Of a DNA stretch of 64,000 bases, positions 1 through 10,448 are shown piece after piece. The DNA is from Escherichia phage vB_EcoM_Schickermooser. The stretch is from the sequence record NC_048196.1. One strand, 5' to 3'. Position 1 is the first letter of the stretch; each line of letters opens with the position of its first letter. Below the pieces are notes generated by a model. That model ran no database searches, was not told the origin of the DNA, and worked only from the letters and a program-made list of their open reading frames with translations. The translations under genes were made by a program, and so were the position numbers.

Positions 1-629
1 CCTGCAAAATGGTAAGTCTTTACAGATCTTGACCAACCTGTTTTTAATACTTCAAAAATAGCTTCTGCTAAATCTGGGGCATATGTTGGACAAGAGAACT
101 GATCTGCAACGATAGTAAAATCACGTTGTCCATCATTATAGCGAGACAACATAGTTTTTAGAAAGTTATTTCCAAATTCACTATATACAGACGCTGTTCG
201 AATAATATATGCGTTCGGGTTAACTCCTCGCACCATTTTTTCACCGAGTTCTTTCGTATACCCATAATTGTTTATCGGGTTAGGTGTAGTATCTTCAAAA
301 ATAGGATGAGAATAATTAAAAATATAGTCTGTAGAAATATGCACAAAATCAATTTTAAGTTTGCTGCACACTGCCGCAATATTTGCAGGGCCATAGGCAT
401 TAACAGCCAAAGCAGTAGCAAAATCATGTTCTGCTTTATCTACAGCCGTATAAGCAGCGCAATTAATAACACCATCTACATAATCTTCAATAATAGCGTT
501 TCGCACAGCTTCAAAATTTGTAATATCTACACGTTCTTTAGGATAAATTAAAGACACATTTGAAGGAGCCACTTTACGTAAAGCTTGTCCCAGTTGTCCA
601 TTACCACCCAATACCAGATATGTTAGCAT
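1..629 (-). CDS. rmlD: dTDP-4-dehydrorhamnose reductase, partial (3' end beyond window start)
   Basis: Minus-strand ORF with ATG at 629; hand translation [15 protein letters not shown]... shows Rossmann GxxGxxG, AAYTAVDKAE and STDY motifs typical of RmlD; last gene of rml operon. Confidence 0.7.
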   Translation of the reverse strand, partial: MLTYLVLGGNGQLGQALRKVAPSNVSLIYPKERVDITNFEAVRNAIIEDYVDGVINCAAYTAVDKAEHDFATALAVNAYGPANIAAVCSKLKIDFVHISTDYIFNYSHPIFEDTTPNPINNYGYTKELGEKMVRGVNPNAYIIRTASVYSEFGNNFLKTMLSRYNDGQRDFTIVADQFSCPTYAPDLAEAIFEVLKTGWSRSVKTYHFA

Positions 630-1189
630 ACACCCTCGCTACGTAGCTGTTGAAAAGACTTAGCCATTGCATCTTTTGTTGATAAGATAGGTTTAAAATC
701 TTCGTCAAAAATCATATCGAAGCCCCAATCAATCCCTATATCAGGATCATCCCAACGTAAACTTTGTTCGCTGGAAGGGTCGTATGGAGTTGTGCATTTG
801 TATTCGAAGATAGCATCCATACTCAACACTATAAAACCATGTGCCAAACCAGGTGGAAGCCAGAACTGTGTATGGTGTCGTGCACGAAGAACAACACCGT
901 CCCAAGCACCGTAAGTAGGACTATCTTTACGTAGGTCTACAGCGAAATCCAATACTTCCCCACTTACACAACGAACAAGCTTACCTTGCGGATTATTTGT
1001 TTGAAAGTGCATTCCTCGCAAAACACCGAAGTTTGATTTAGACATGTTATCTTGAACGAAAGTTTGTCTACCAATGATATCTTCATATTTTTGTTCATTA
1101 TATGTTTCTAAAAAGAAACCACGGTCATCTTTATAAACGTCTGGTTTGATAATTACCGCACCTTCAATTTTTGTTTTTTCTACTTTCAT
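623..1189 (-). CDS. rmlC: dTDP-4-dehydrorhamnose 3,5-epimerase
   Basis: Track ORF 623..1309; likely true start at internal [26 protein letters not shown] (RmlC N-terminus), RBS GGAGGG upstream, ATGA overlap with rmlA stop. Confidence 0.8.
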   Translation of the reverse strand: MKVEKTKIEGAVIIKPDVYKDDRGFFLETYNEQKYEDIIGRQTFVQDNMSKSNFGVLRGMHFQTNNPQGKLVRCVSGEVLDFAVDLRKDSPTYGAWDGVVLRARHHTQFWLPPGLAHGFIVLSMDAIFEYKCTTPYDPSSEQSLRWDDPDIGIDWGFDMIFDEDFKPILSTKDAMAKSFQQLRSEGVC

Positions 1190-2064
1190 TTTCCCTCCGC
1201 TAATTTGAGTAGGTATTGCCCGTACTCTGTTTTCTTCAGTGAGTTTCCATGGTAGACCAAAGTCTCTAAAGAAATCCACCCTTTTTTGAAAGCAATTTCT
1301 TCCAGGCACGCAATCTTCAATCCTTGACAGTTCTCAATAGTCTGCACGAATTGACCAGCTTCCATCAGACTGGCGTGTGTTCCTGTGTCAAGCCAAGTAA
1401 ATCCTCGTCCGAGAACTTCTACTTGTAACTTCCTGTCTTCGAGGTAGCTGCGATTGATATCGGTGATCTCCAGTTCTCCACGCGCGGAAGGGGTTACTTC
1501 TAATGCACGTTGAATAACAGAGTTATCATAGAAATATAAACCTGTGACAGCATAATCTGATTTAGGATTTTCAGGTTTCTCTTCAATAGAAATAACTTGA
1601 CGATTACTCCCAAATTCAACCACACCGAATCGTTCAGGATCTTTCACCAAACACCCGAAGATACAAGCTCCGCCCCAAACATCTACCATCTCACTAGCGT
1701 TAATCAGTAGTTTACCAAAGCTTTGTCCGAAGAATAGGTTGTCACCTAAAATAAGAGCAACAGAGTCTTCTCCGATAAAATCTTTACCGATGATGAAAGC
1801 GTCCGCAAGACCTCGTGGCTCGGATTGGATTGCGTAAGTGAGTTTTATCCCAAACATAGACCCATCTCCAAGAAGATGCTCAAAGTCTTCCTGATCGCCT
1901 GGTGTGGTGATGATTAAGATATCCTTAATGTCAGCCAACATCAATACCGATAAGGGGTAGTAGATCATAGGTTTGTCATACACAGGGAGCAATTGCTTGC
2001 TCACACTGCGTGTTACCGGATGAAGGCGGGTTCCACTTCCTCCCGCCAAAATAATACCTTTCAT
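1186..2064 (-). CDS. rmlA: glucose-1-phosphate thymidylyltransferase
   Basis: 292 aa; [18 protein letters not shown]...[17 protein letters not shown] nucleotidyltransferase signature of RmlA. Confidence 0.9.
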   Translation of the reverse strand: MKGIILAGGSGTRLHPVTRSVSKQLLPVYDKPMIYYPLSVLMLADIKDILIITTPGDQEDFEHLLGDGSMFGIKLTYAIQSEPRGLADAFIIGKDFIGEDSVALILGDNLFFGQSFGKLLINASEMVDVWGGACIFGCLVKDPERFGVVEFGSNRQVISIEEKPENPKSDYAVTGLYFYDNSVIQRALEVTPSARGELEITDINRSYLEDRKLQVEVLGRGFTWLDTGTHASLMEAGQFVQTIENCQGLKIACLEEIAFKKGWISLETLVYHGNSLKKTEYGQYLLKLAEGK

Positions 2065-2072
2065 AACCCTCC

Positions 2073-3065
2073 TTAAATCTTCTTACTCCACCATTGAGGG
2101 TTGTTTAAGTACCATTCAATCGTTGAGTAGAGATCTTGTTCAAATGTAGAGTTTGCACTCCAACCCAGTTCAGACTCTATTTTAGAAGGATTGATTTCAT
2201 AACGCAAGTCATGTCCTTTACGATCTTCAACAAAAGTTATCAAGTTGGAAGAAGGGTAGGTTCCTGCTTCTGGATGTACAGCATCCATGTAGTCACAAAC
2301 CATATAGATGATCTCCATATTGGTTTTGGGATTACGTGTTCCAACATTATACGTTTGACCTGGTTCTCCACCTGTTGCCACTTGAAGAATAGCTCGCGCA
2401 TGATCCTCAACAAAAAGCCAGTCTCGCACCTGATCGCCTTTACCATACACCGGAATCTCTTTATTCGTCAAGATACTTGTGATGATTTTTGGGATCAGCT
2501 TTTCTGGATGTTGATAAGGTCCAAAGTTATTGGAGCAGTTGGTTATCACAACAGGTAAACCGTAGGTACGGTACCAAGCTTTCACAAGATGGTCAGATGC
2601 TGCCTTAGACGCACTGTACGGGCTTGAAGGCGCATAAGCTGTCTCTTCGGTAAAGGGAACGCCAGAGTCTGCCATATCGCCGTACACTTCGTCTGTGGAG
2701 ACATGTACGAACATCTTAAGTTTATTTTTTGGGAGGAGCCTTGCAGCTTCCAATAAATTGTATGTACCAATAATATTGGAGTCGATGAAAACTCGTGGAT
2801 TCTTGATAGAATTATCCACATGACTCTCTGCCGCTAAGTGAATGATGAAATCGGGATTGCACTCTACTACTAAACTTTTGACCTGGGTTTCGTTTGCCAA
2901 ATCTGTTATGCTTAGTTTAACGTGAGTGATATCGCCTACATTCTCAATATCTGCTGCATAGCCCATCTTATCAACGACAAAAACTTCGTTATTGGGATCT
3001 TGACAAAGAGAGCGCACCACGGCACTCCCAATAAAACCAAGACCACCTGTTACCAGATAGCGCAT
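2073..3065 (-). CDS. rmlB: dTDP-glucose 4,6-dehydratase
   Basis: 330 aa; N-terminal TGGLGFIGS Rossmann motif, SDR catalytic YxxxK (YSASK), length typical of RmlB. Confidence 0.9.
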   Translation of the reverse strand: MRYLVTGGLGFIGSAVVRSLCQDPNNEVFVVDKMGYAADIENVGDITHVKLSITDLANETQVKSLVVECNPDFIIHLAAESHVDNSIKNPRVFIDSNIIGTYNLLEAARLLPKNKLKMFVHVSTDEVYGDMADSGVPFTEETAYAPSSPYSASKAASDHLVKAWYRTYGLPVVITNCSNNFGPYQHPEKLIPKIITSILTNKEIPVYGKGDQVRDWLFVEDHARAILQVATGGEPGQTYNVGTRNPKTNMEIIYMVCDYMDAVHPEAGTYPSSNLITFVEDRKGHDLRYEINPSKIESELGWSANSTFEQDLYSTIEWYLNNPQWWSKKI

Positions 3066-3074
3066 CAGTTCTCC

Positions 3075-3401
3075 TTACCAGACATGTTGAGAAATAATAG
3101 TTTCCGTTTTAATGTTATATTTTTCAAGTAGCTTTGCATAGGCTTCTTTTGCATTCTCATTCAATTGCTCAAGATCTACAGCTATGCTTCCTTCTCCGCC
3201 TTCTAAATCAAGGCCATATATGCAATAAGACTCATCCGCATCGTAGAAAGGAGAGATGCGGCTTAAGTCAAGACCTTCTTGTAAGAACCAGTTAAAATCT
3301 CCGTCAAATTCTTCTTCAATTCTAGGATCTTCTCCTACAGCCTCTTCCCACTTATTAAAAGGTGCACCCTGTAACATACGCCATTCGATATCAATACCCA
3401 T
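3075..3401 (-). CDS. hypothetical protein (acidic, 108 aa)
   Basis: Track ORF; start overlaps stop of upstream small ORF. Confidence 0.5.
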   Translation of the reverse strand: MGIDIEWRMLQGAPFNKWEEAVGEDPRIEEEFDGDFNWFLQEGLDLSRISPFYDADESYCIYGLDLEGGEGSIAVDLEQLNENAKEAYAKLLEKYNIKTETIISQHVW

Positions 3402-3555
3402 TTTTCATCTCCTCCTCTTCTTGAGCAGCTTTAATAATTGCTTCATAAATATCGTAAGCAATGCCTCCACAACATCTAGCTTCGAAAGCTATTGCTTCTG
3501 CAATGTGATCTGTTAATTCTCGTGGAATGCGAACATACTCTTTTTCACTCTCCAT
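3391..3555 (-). CDS. hypothetical small protein (54 aa, MESEKEYVRIPREL...)
   Basis: Hand-translated minus-strand ORF below track size cutoff; tightly packed between neighbours. Confidence 0.4.
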   Translation of the reverse strand: MESEKEYVRIPRELTDHIAEAIAFEARCCGGIAYDIYEAIIKAAQEEEEMKNGY

Positions 3556-3697
3556 CTTCTACCTCCAACCCTTCTTTTTCAAAGACTACTACTCGTCCCT
3601 CACCATGACAATTCAGGCAAGGAAATGTTACCATAATTTCCACTTCCATCTGTCCCGTCCCACCGCACACAGGACAAAAAATAAGTTTTTCAGCCAC
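3545..3697 (-). CDS. small zinc-ribbon protein (about 50 aa, CPVC...CLNC), GTG start
   Basis: Hand-translated; AAGGAGG RBS upstream of GTG; two CxxC pairs. Confidence 0.35.
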   Translation of the reverse strand: MAEKLIFCPVCGGTGQMEVEIMVTFPCLNCHGEGRVVVFEKEGLEVEDGE

Positions 3698-3906
3698 TAT
3701 TCCTCCTTAATTATTTCAAATTTGGCAACACCATTTACAATAATATGACCACAAGACATAACTCCTAGCCAAGGATCGCCGTTTTTCTTCAGGCGTTTAC
3801 CGAATACATCACAAAAACCATTCTTCATTTCAGAGGCTTCATAAGAAGCCCCTTTATCAAAAACGTCTTTGAATGTGTCGATTATACCAACACATTTCAA
3901 AATCAT
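3697..3906 (-). CDS. hypothetical protein (69 aa)
   Basis: Track ORF; 4-nt overlap with nrdB stop. Confidence 0.45.
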   Translation of the reverse strand: MILKCVGIIDTFKDVFDKGASYEASEMKNGFCDVFGKRLKKNGDPWLGVMSCGHIIVNGVAKFEIIKEE

Positions 3907-4991
3907 TCGAAGTCAAGCTCCTCATCATCAGAGAGATCTTTGTTAGCTGAATTCAATTTGTAGTTAGTTAACTGAATCTCTTGGGCTGCTGACTGAATCA
4001 AATCAGGATTCAACCATTTTTCCATCCAAGCTAAAGGGCTATGTTTAGGTGCTTTAAACTTGGCTTTCATTTTCAATCGACGATAAATAGGAGCAGCATT
4101 GAAATAAACCCACTGTTTAGACAATTCGGCGTTAAGACCTACAATAAAACGACCTTCACTAAACAGGTAGTCACACCACTGTTCCTCTTGTTCAACAACA
4201 GTGTCGAGGATCAAAGTCAACTCTTCAATATTGTCTTCGTAAATTTTACGCCAAATTGGGTCATGCATCAATGCATCAATTACAGCATAATCCATCTTAA
4301 CATGCAAGATTTCATCTAGCATAATTTTCTGGATCAGTTTACAAGCTCCAACAAACAGTTGTTGTTCTGCCATAGCAAAAGTAGCAGAGAAGGAAGATAT
4401 AAACTGAATACCTTCTAATCCAATCAGGGCTACCATCCCTTTAAGAATCAGCAATCGAAGTTCATCGTTAGCTTCAATCAATCCTAGAGCATACTTATGA
4501 CCAGCTTCTTCCAACTGACCCATGATATCAGCAATGATACCCATACGATTGAAAATTTTATCATTAATCATAATCTGATTGATGACTTCAATTGGATCTG
4601 GAGTACATTGACGGATTATTTCAGAATACGTTAACGCATGGAGAACTTCCATTTCACTCTGCTTCATCATCATAGCACAGGCTTCATTATTACTCAAGAA
4701 TGGAGAGAACAAAGTGATGATTGATTTTGCAAGAGAATCATTTTCCCATTGGAACGATAAGTTTTTAATCATAACATCATAATTGTTTTTAGAACAAGCT
4801 ACGAAATCTTTACGTGTCTGATCCAGATTGACTTCATTCTCATCCCAATCTTGTGCTTTTTGAAGTTTGTAGAGTTTGTGCATCTCTGGATAAGTTACGT
4901 TAACAGAATCAAAGATCCCTAATTGTTCCCCTAAAAATACTGGATATTTTCCTGTTTTGTAAACTTCATTGTGTAAATTAATTGCTGCCAT
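3903..4991 (-). CDS. nrdB: ribonucleoside-diphosphate reductase beta subunit
   Basis: 362 aa, size and position immediately downstream of nrdA; ferritin-like R2 features. Confidence 0.8.
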   Translation of the reverse strand: MAAINLHNEVYKTGKYPVFLGEQLGIFDSVNVTYPEMHKLYKLQKAQDWDENEVNLDQTRKDFVACSKNNYDVMIKNLSFQWENDSLAKSIITLFSPFLSNNEACAMMMKQSEMEVLHALTYSEIIRQCTPDPIEVINQIMINDKIFNRMGIIADIMGQLEEAGHKYALGLIEANDELRLLILKGMVALIGLEGIQFISSFSATFAMAEQQLFVGACKLIQKIMLDEILHVKMDYAVIDALMHDPIWRKIYEDNIEELTLILDTVVEQEEQWCDYLFSEGRFIVGLNAELSKQWVYFNAAPIYRRLKMKAKFKAPKHSPLAWMEKWLNPDLIQSAAQEIQLTNYKLNSANKDLSDDEELDFE

Positions 4992-5007
4992 TTAAAATTC
5001 TCCTCAA

Positions 5008-5030
5008 TAAAAAGGGGCCGAAGCCCCTAG
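5008..5030 (-). terminator. hairpin plus T-run between nrdA and nrdB (minus orientation)
   Basis: Minus strand reads AGGGGCTTCGGCCCCTTTTTATT. Confidence 0.45.
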
Positions 5031-5035
5031 TTTCA

Positions 5036-7276
5036 TCACATCTTGCAAGCTTCACAACCACCATCAGAATCTTCTTGTGCTAAAGAGTCTGCTGATTTTG
5101 TTCTACTATTAAGGTAATACAATGATTTGCCACCCAGTCTAGCAAAATTCAGAATAAACTGCATCTCAGCTTTCACGGATAAACGTCCACCTACCAATTT
5201 AGAATAATCTAGCCAAGAATCACAAGAAATTCCTTGGTCAGTAAACTTGGTAAAGATACCATACATTTCTGCAAGGTCTTTAGCCGGAGTATCCCAGGCA
5301 GATTGGTAGAACATTTTCAGTTTTTCGTAGTCTGGAACAATAAATAATACACTACCTTTCTGACTTTGTTTATACATAATGGTATCACGAACAGGATACA
5401 GAGAGTTAGTAGTATTGCTTACCAAACTGCTGGACTCATTAGGTGCAATAGCAGCCAATACACTGTTACGGATACCACCTTGTTCAATGATTTCAGCACG
5501 TAAACCTTCCCAGTCCATTTTAAGATCAAAATTACCGATACTATCTACTGTTTTAGCATAGGTGTCAATTGGTAGCCAACCTTGAGGCCATTTGGTCTTA
5601 TCGATCCATTCCGCATTACCTTTTTCCTTAGCCAGACGCAGAGAGGCTTTTGCCAACCAAAAGTAATGACGTTCTGCAAGTTCATGCATTAATTTTTTAG
5701 CATAAGCATCTGAATAATTTACAAAATTACTTGCCAAGTAATGCGCTAAGTTTGTAATACCTACACCAATAGATCTACGTGCTTTAGCAGTTATTTCGTT
5801 ATGTTTAAATGGATAATCCATTGTTTCAATAACGTTGTCAATTGTCAATACAGTGTAGTATGCAACATCCTCATATTCTTCAGGTAATACACGACCAGCA
5901 ACAATAGAAGATAAGAAGCATAAAGCCAATTCTTGATCTTCTGTATTCTCACCAGTAAAGAGATCCGGCATACTGTGGAAAGCTTTAGTTGGCAAGAAGA
6001 TCTCTTGACACAGGTTTGATTGATACACCGTATCCAGGAAAGGTGTATGGTTGTTAACGTTGTCAGCAAAGAACATGTAAATACGTCCTGTTTCTGCACG
6101 TTGAACAATAATCTCTGTCAGAAGATCACGAGCCTTAACAAATTTTTTCTTAATGCGACGACGACTTACTTTGTCATAAACTGCATCAAACTCTTCTTCA
6201 CTTTTATATAAAGCTTCATAAAGTTCAGGAGCATCATCACAACTAACTAACATCCAGTCTTCGTTTTTTGCTGCTCGACGCAAGAACGAACGGTTAACAA
6301 CAATAGAATAATCTAGTTTATCCACTCGTTTATCTATAGGTGTTGTTGGATTCTTCAGTCGAATCAGATCGTCGAAGTCTGGTTCAAGTATGGTAAAGGT
6401 AACTGTAGCACTACCTCCACGGCTTGCTTGCTTTGAAGCTCCAACACTATCTTCCATCCATTTCAGATACGGAAGAAGACCACCGTGAATAATACGATTA
6501 TTCTTAACACCTTGACCTGTGGCACGAGTTTGAAGATTAACACCAATACCTGCGTTATTCAACGTATACTCATGAGCTAAGTAATTAGCAATGGCTAAAG
6601 ACTCTGCCGTATCGTCTGCACGGAATAAACAACAAGACGCACTTCCTTTGATTGGAGTTCGTAGAGTTGTCAGATATGGCGATGGCAGATTAATCTTAAG
6701 ATCGCTGACATAAGTATAAAGTTTTTTAATATCTTCTATACGGCGTTCTTTTGGTTGGATCTCCATAACCTTCATTGCGATACCAATGAAAAGGAACTGT
6801 GGAGACTCATGCACCACATCGTTTACTGCATCTCGAATAAGATATTTATCCACCATTTGACGTAAAACAGAATAACCATAAGTTAGATTTTTATTATGCT
6901 TTACAATCTTACCGATTTCTTTGATCTCTTCATCAGTATAATCCATTTTAGCCCAATGACCACGTTCTACCATATCATGATAAAAGGTATTCAGTGAAGG
7001 GATACTGTGGTATCCCCCATGAGCCTGTTTGTAAATCATACCCAGAAGAAGTCTTCCTGCCATATCACTGTAAGCTTGTGTTTTCTTGTCAATACACGCT
7101 GCAATCATTGCTTTATGCAGATCACGTGTAGACACACCGTCATAACACCGCTTCACAGCTTCTAATTCAATTTCAGACCAGTTTAGTTTACCTGCTGCAA
7201 ATTCAGACCACTTGCGAAGTTTTTCTGGATTAAACTCCTCTGTCTTACCGTTAGATTTAGTTACAAAACGAATCAA
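5036..7276 (-). CDS. nrdA: ribonucleoside-diphosphate reductase alpha subunit
   Basis: 746 aa; class I RNR large-subunit length and conserved cysteine-containing regions. Confidence 0.85.
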   Translation of the reverse strand: MIRFVTKSNGKTEEFNPEKLRKWSEFAAGKLNWSEIELEAVKRCYDGVSTRDLHKAMIAACIDKKTQAYSDMAGRLLLGMIYKQAHGGYHSIPSLNTFYHDMVERGHWAKMDYTDEEIKEIGKIVKHNKNLTYGYSVLRQMVDKYLIRDAVNDVVHESPQFLFIGIAMKVMEIQPKERRIEDIKKLYTYVSDLKINLPSPYLTTLRTPIKGSASCCLFRADDTAESLAIANYLAHEYTLNNAGIGVNLQTRATGQGVKNNRIIHGGLLPYLKWMEDSVGASKQASRGGSATVTFTILEPDFDDLIRLKNPTTPIDKRVDKLDYSIVVNRSFLRRAAKNEDWMLVSCDDAPELYEALYKSEEEFDAVYDKVSRRRIKKKFVKARDLLTEIIVQRAETGRIYMFFADNVNNHTPFLDTVYQSNLCQEIFLPTKAFHSMPDLFTGENTEDQELALCFLSSIVAGRVLPEEYEDVAYYTVLTIDNVIETMDYPFKHNEITAKARRSIGVGITNLAHYLASNFVNYSDAYAKKLMHELAERHYFWLAKASLRLAKEKGNAEWIDKTKWPQGWLPIDTYAKTVDSIGNFDLKMDWEGLRAEIIEQGGIRNSVLAAIAPNESSSLVSNTTNSLYPVRDTIMYKQSQKGSVLFIVPDYEKLKMFYQSAWDTPAKDLAEMYGIFTKFTDQGISCDSWLDYSKLVGGRLSVKAEMQFILNFARLGGKSLYYLNSRTKSADSLAQEDSDGGCEACKM

Positions 7277-7292
7277 CTTCTCCTCCCTATTA

Positions 7293-7535
7293 TTAATGCA
7301 TATTCAAAACATCTACATCATAACCGAACTTCATTTCATTAAAAAGTCCATTAGCATATAGAAAACCTTCAAAATGAGTTATGTCATCAAACCCTTTTGC
7401 TTTTGCTCGACGGTCTGCTTCTTGTCTTTTAGGAGATAAACGTTTTGAAGTGTCTAGAATTACAGTTACATTACAACCAACAGTTTCATCAAAATAGACT
7501 TCGATTTCACAGCCTTCATATTTATTATCAGTCAT
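7293..7535 (-). CDS. hypothetical protein (about 80 aa)
   Basis: Track ORF 7293..7547; second ATG has better RBS (GAGAGGG). Confidence 0.4.
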   Translation of the reverse strand: MTDNKYEGCEIEVYFDETVGCNVTVILDTSKRLSPKRQEADRRAKAKGFDDITHFEGFLYANGLFNEMKFGYDVDVLNMH

Positions 7536-7543
7536 TGTCCCTC

Positions 7544-7954
7544 TCATTGATTAGTATCATCTGCTTTCGCAGGATCATAAGAGTTACCGAAATCATCCAT
7601 CTTAATATGTGACGCACCCCAACCTGTAAATTCTTCATCACCAAAATGAAAAATATCATTTTCTTGGTAGATTCGTTTAAAACCACAATTAGGTGAAACA
7701 GGGAAAGTGAAAAGCGTTGTATTTGCAAACACTACTCGCTTATCGTTATTGCTTCGGATATTCACATTACGCTCAACAGAATAGTGTGAATCTTCAGCCA
7801 TACCCAGCATTACAAGCGACGCTCTAATAACAGCATTTTGTTTCTCGTGTGGGATATTACCATTGTGTTTATTTGATTCTAGTTTCCAGATAGGGGTAGA
7901 CATTACAGTAGACATGCTTACGGTAGCCCAAGTTGTAGTATTTACTAATGACAT
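7544..7954 (-). CDS. hypothetical protein (about 137 aa)
   Basis: Track ORF 7544..7987; start moved to ATG preceded by GGAGGAGG RBS. Confidence 0.45.
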   Translation of the reverse strand: MSLVNTTTWATVSMSTVMSTPIWKLESNKHNGNIPHEKQNAVIRASLVMLGMAEDSHYSVERNVNIRSNNDKRVVFANTTLFTFPVSPNCGFKRIYQENDIFHFGDEEFTGWGASHIKMDDFGNSYDPAKADDTNQ

Positions 7955-8008
7955 ATTTTCTCCTTCATTTTGAATGGGAGGACTCACCTCCTCCCAGTAT
8001 TGTGCTAT

Positions 8009-8036
8009 ATTATACTAAAACTAATACTAAAGTCAA
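8009..8036 (-). promoter_or_regulatory. sigma70-like promoter (minus strand): TTGACT-16nt-TATAAT
   Basis: Reverse complement reads TTGACTttagtattagttttagTATAAT upstream of 7954 gene. Confidence 0.5.
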
Positions 8037-8052
8037 TAACTATTTAAACAGA

Positions 8053-9051
8053 TCACCATTTAGTATGATTTGTTAAAAGTTGACGATGTTGAATCCAGCC
8101 TTTGAAATTGCCAGACCAAAACTTACCATTACGATCTACATGGGTAATACCTGGTTCCCAAGAGTTAAAATCCCAAGGAGCATTGATAAACAAATCTTCA
8201 AAACAGTTCTCTCCGTATTGTTCGCATGTTTCTTGCATTGGGGTGGCTTGATGTTCAAACGGAGAAGCATGAACCTTGCGCCCAGTTAGCAAACGACCAT
8301 AGATATCTAAAGCTTTATCTTTAGTTGCATTCAAACGACGATAGCTAACCTGTGCACAACACGAAGCTGAAATAGCTTTGGCTTCTTCCAAAGTAAGCAC
8401 AACAACTTCTCCAGATTCATCTTGAACATAGTATCCACCAAAAACAAAATGATCGTCACCTTCTGTGCCAATACTATCATAGAAATGGTCTACATAAGGT
8501 GTGTGCCATTGCCCTGGTTTCAGCACTTCTGGTGTAGATTCTTCATACTCTTTGTGCATCTCTTTAGCCAAAGCCTCGATAGTAGGATCGGCTTCTTTGT
8601 CATCACGTAGCCACCAGAAATTTTCATATTCTGTTGCTGTCAGAACTGTTTTAATTCGTTGGAAAGGTTCCAGAAGACGGTTTGCAACTTGTTTGTGGTA
8701 CCCTGCCAAAGAGAATTCTTCTGCAAAACGTGCTGCACTAAGCGCGGCAAGATCCCACCACTCTTGAGCAGTATAACCTGCATCAATAAGAGCATCATGG
8801 TCAACACCTTTATCCTGCATACCAGGTTGGTTAGCCCCAAAACGATAAGGACGAGCAGGTTGACTTCGCACCATTTCAATCAGTGTTTTAACAGGTATAG
8901 CACGGCTAGAAGCAGCATTACGACTGAACAGGCGGTGAGTCATCAATTCTGAATGAATAATACGTGGATACTCTAGTTCAAAAGTTACAATCTCTTTTCC
9001 GTCTTCAGTGATGGAATGCGCAATAATACTAGCCGAAATCTGTTTTGTCAT
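8053..9051 (-). CDS. thyX: flavin-dependent thymidylate synthase-like
   Basis: 332 aa; MTHRLFSRNAASSRAIP resembles ThyX RHR/serine signature. Confidence 0.6.
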   Translation of the reverse strand: MTKQISASIIAHSITEDGKEIVTFELEYPRIIHSELMTHRLFSRNAASSRAIPVKTLIEMVRSQPARPYRFGANQPGMQDKGVDHDALIDAGYTAQEWWDLAALSAARFAEEFSLAGYHKQVANRLLEPFQRIKTVLTATEYENFWWLRDDKEADPTIEALAKEMHKEYEESTPEVLKPGQWHTPYVDHFYDSIGTEGDDHFVFGGYYVQDESGEVVVLTLEEAKAISASCCAQVSYRRLNATKDKALDIYGRLLTGRKVHASPFEHQATPMQETCEQYGENCFEDLFINAPWDFNSWEPGITHVDRNGKFWSGNFKGWIQHRQLLTNHTKW

Positions 9052-9060
9052 TTTTTCTCC

Positions 9061-9669
9061 TTAGTTTTTAAAATTGTTCAAAGTGTTAAAAACATCCAAA
9101 CATGTTAACCACTGATCTTCTAAACCTGTGATCACAACATTTGGTTTTTTCTTTAGTTCTTCTAGATGGTTATCTTTATAAGGCGTATTAAAATATATTT
9201 TAACCACTTCATCTGGAAAATATAGTAGGTTATCAGCCCTGTCATCTATTGCTATATCACAAGGCAATAAGTATTTTTCTTTCGTAGCAAAAAAGCCGTT
9301 ACCAGATCCTTTGCTAAAATCAATCGTATCTAACGTTCTTAAAACATGCTTATGTTTAGAACTTAAGTGACCACCTTTTGTCACACTTGCGATCAAAAGA
9401 TTGCTACCTTTCCTTGAAACATACTTTAAGAAATCTGGCATACCTGGAACAAAACCCATTGTATCATAGAGATGAGGATTATCCAGAAATCCGTAAGGAT
9501 CTATATTGAACTCCTCCCTGAAACCAGGAAAGTAGTTGGTAAGATCATAGTCTGCATTTTTTGTGAATGTGTCTATCTTAACACCAAGTCCACTAATCTT
9601 ATTCAACCATTCTAACCAAGCAACATCTAATGGAGCCACAACTAAATCCCAATCACATACTATCTGCAT
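9061..9669 (-). CDS. HAD-family 5'(3')-deoxyribonucleotidase-like
   Basis: N-terminal IVCDWDLVV matches HAD DxD motif; located in nucleotide-metabolism block. Confidence 0.45.
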   Translation of the reverse strand: MQIVCDWDLVVAPLDVAWLEWLNKISGLGVKIDTFTKNADYDLTNYFPGFREEFNIDPYGFLDNPHLYDTMGFVPGMPDFLKYVSRKGSNLLIASVTKGGHLSSKHKHVLRTLDTIDFSKGSGNGFFATKEKYLLPCDIAIDDRADNLLYFPDEVVKIYFNTPYKDNHLEELKKKPNVVITGLEDQWLTCLDVFNTLNNFKN

Positions 9670-9705
9670 AAAACCTCCTCTCTCTTTTAGTATAGTTATC
9701 TTATA

Positions 9706-10281
9706 CTAACTTTCAATTTCCTGCAATAGGATTTTGACTATTTGTTTGCGGCGTTTCGCTACTGTGCTTTCAGGTTCTATTTTACGCTTCTTCAACCAAG
9801 CTTTATCTTTCTTAGCTCTACACAAAGCTATTGCTTCTTTTTCAGCTTTCGCTTCTTCAAAAGATATGCCTTGCTTGTCTGCATAAGCAAGAATAGAGTT
9901 GCACAATTTACAAACCATTCGCAAATCTTCTTCTTTCACATAGATTAAACGGAAAACAAAAAGAGGAATATCATCAAAACATTGAAGTTGTTTTGCTGCG
10001 TGAATATGATCCACTTGGAAGTCTTTCATTCCTCCTCTATGTCCACATATTTCGCACTCACAATTCCAAACTTGTTTTGGTTTTCCAGTTTTCTTGTCTA
10101 TCATCACATTGCCGTCTTTATCTACGCGATCAACTTTAAAACGCCTTGCATTGATAACCTTAATTTTATTAGGGTGTCTCATCCATGCTTTTCTAAAACA
10201 TCCTCTAAGATAAGTATAAAATTCCGCTTGTGTTTTCCAGGGTGTTCCTTCACCCCACATTATTTTTGGTTCACCTGCCAA
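9706..10281 (-). CDS. HNH-like endonuclease / zinc-binding protein
   Basis: CECEICGH...VDHIH...CKLCN arrangement resembles HNH nuclease fold. Confidence 0.35.
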   Translation of the reverse strand: MAGEPKIMWGEGTPWKTQAEFYTYLRGCFRKAWMRHPNKIKVINARRFKVDRVDKDGNVMIDKKTGKPKQVWNCECEICGHRGGMKDFQVDHIHAAKQLQCFDDIPLFVFRLIYVKEEDLRMVCKLCNSILAYADKQGISFEEAKAEKEAIALCRAKKDKAWLKKRKIEPESTVAKRRKQIVKILLQEIES

Positions 10282-10330
10282 TATTGCTCACCTTTTTAGC
10301 TGTATATTCCCCTGGTGGGATATTGTGTTT

Positions 10331-10359
10331 AAAAAACAAAAGGCGGTCTAACCCCGCCT
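10331..10359 (-). terminator. rho-independent terminator (minus orientation)
   Basis: Minus strand reads AGGCGGGGTTAGACCGCCTTTTGTTTTTT. Confidence 0.5.
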
Positions 10360-10448
10360 TGCACATTGTTTCTGGAATAGTCAAAGTTAGTAAAAGTTTA
10401 TCACCTTTTCGGTTGAATATTTTATAAACTTCTCCTGCTCCATATTGT

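Noticed and set aside
306-551. Plus-strand ORF (81 aa)
   Set aside because: Antisense to the well-supported rmlD gene; low-complexity translation, no RBS.
2136-2558. Plus-strand ORF (140 aa) inside rmlB
   Set aside because: Antisense shadow of rmlB.
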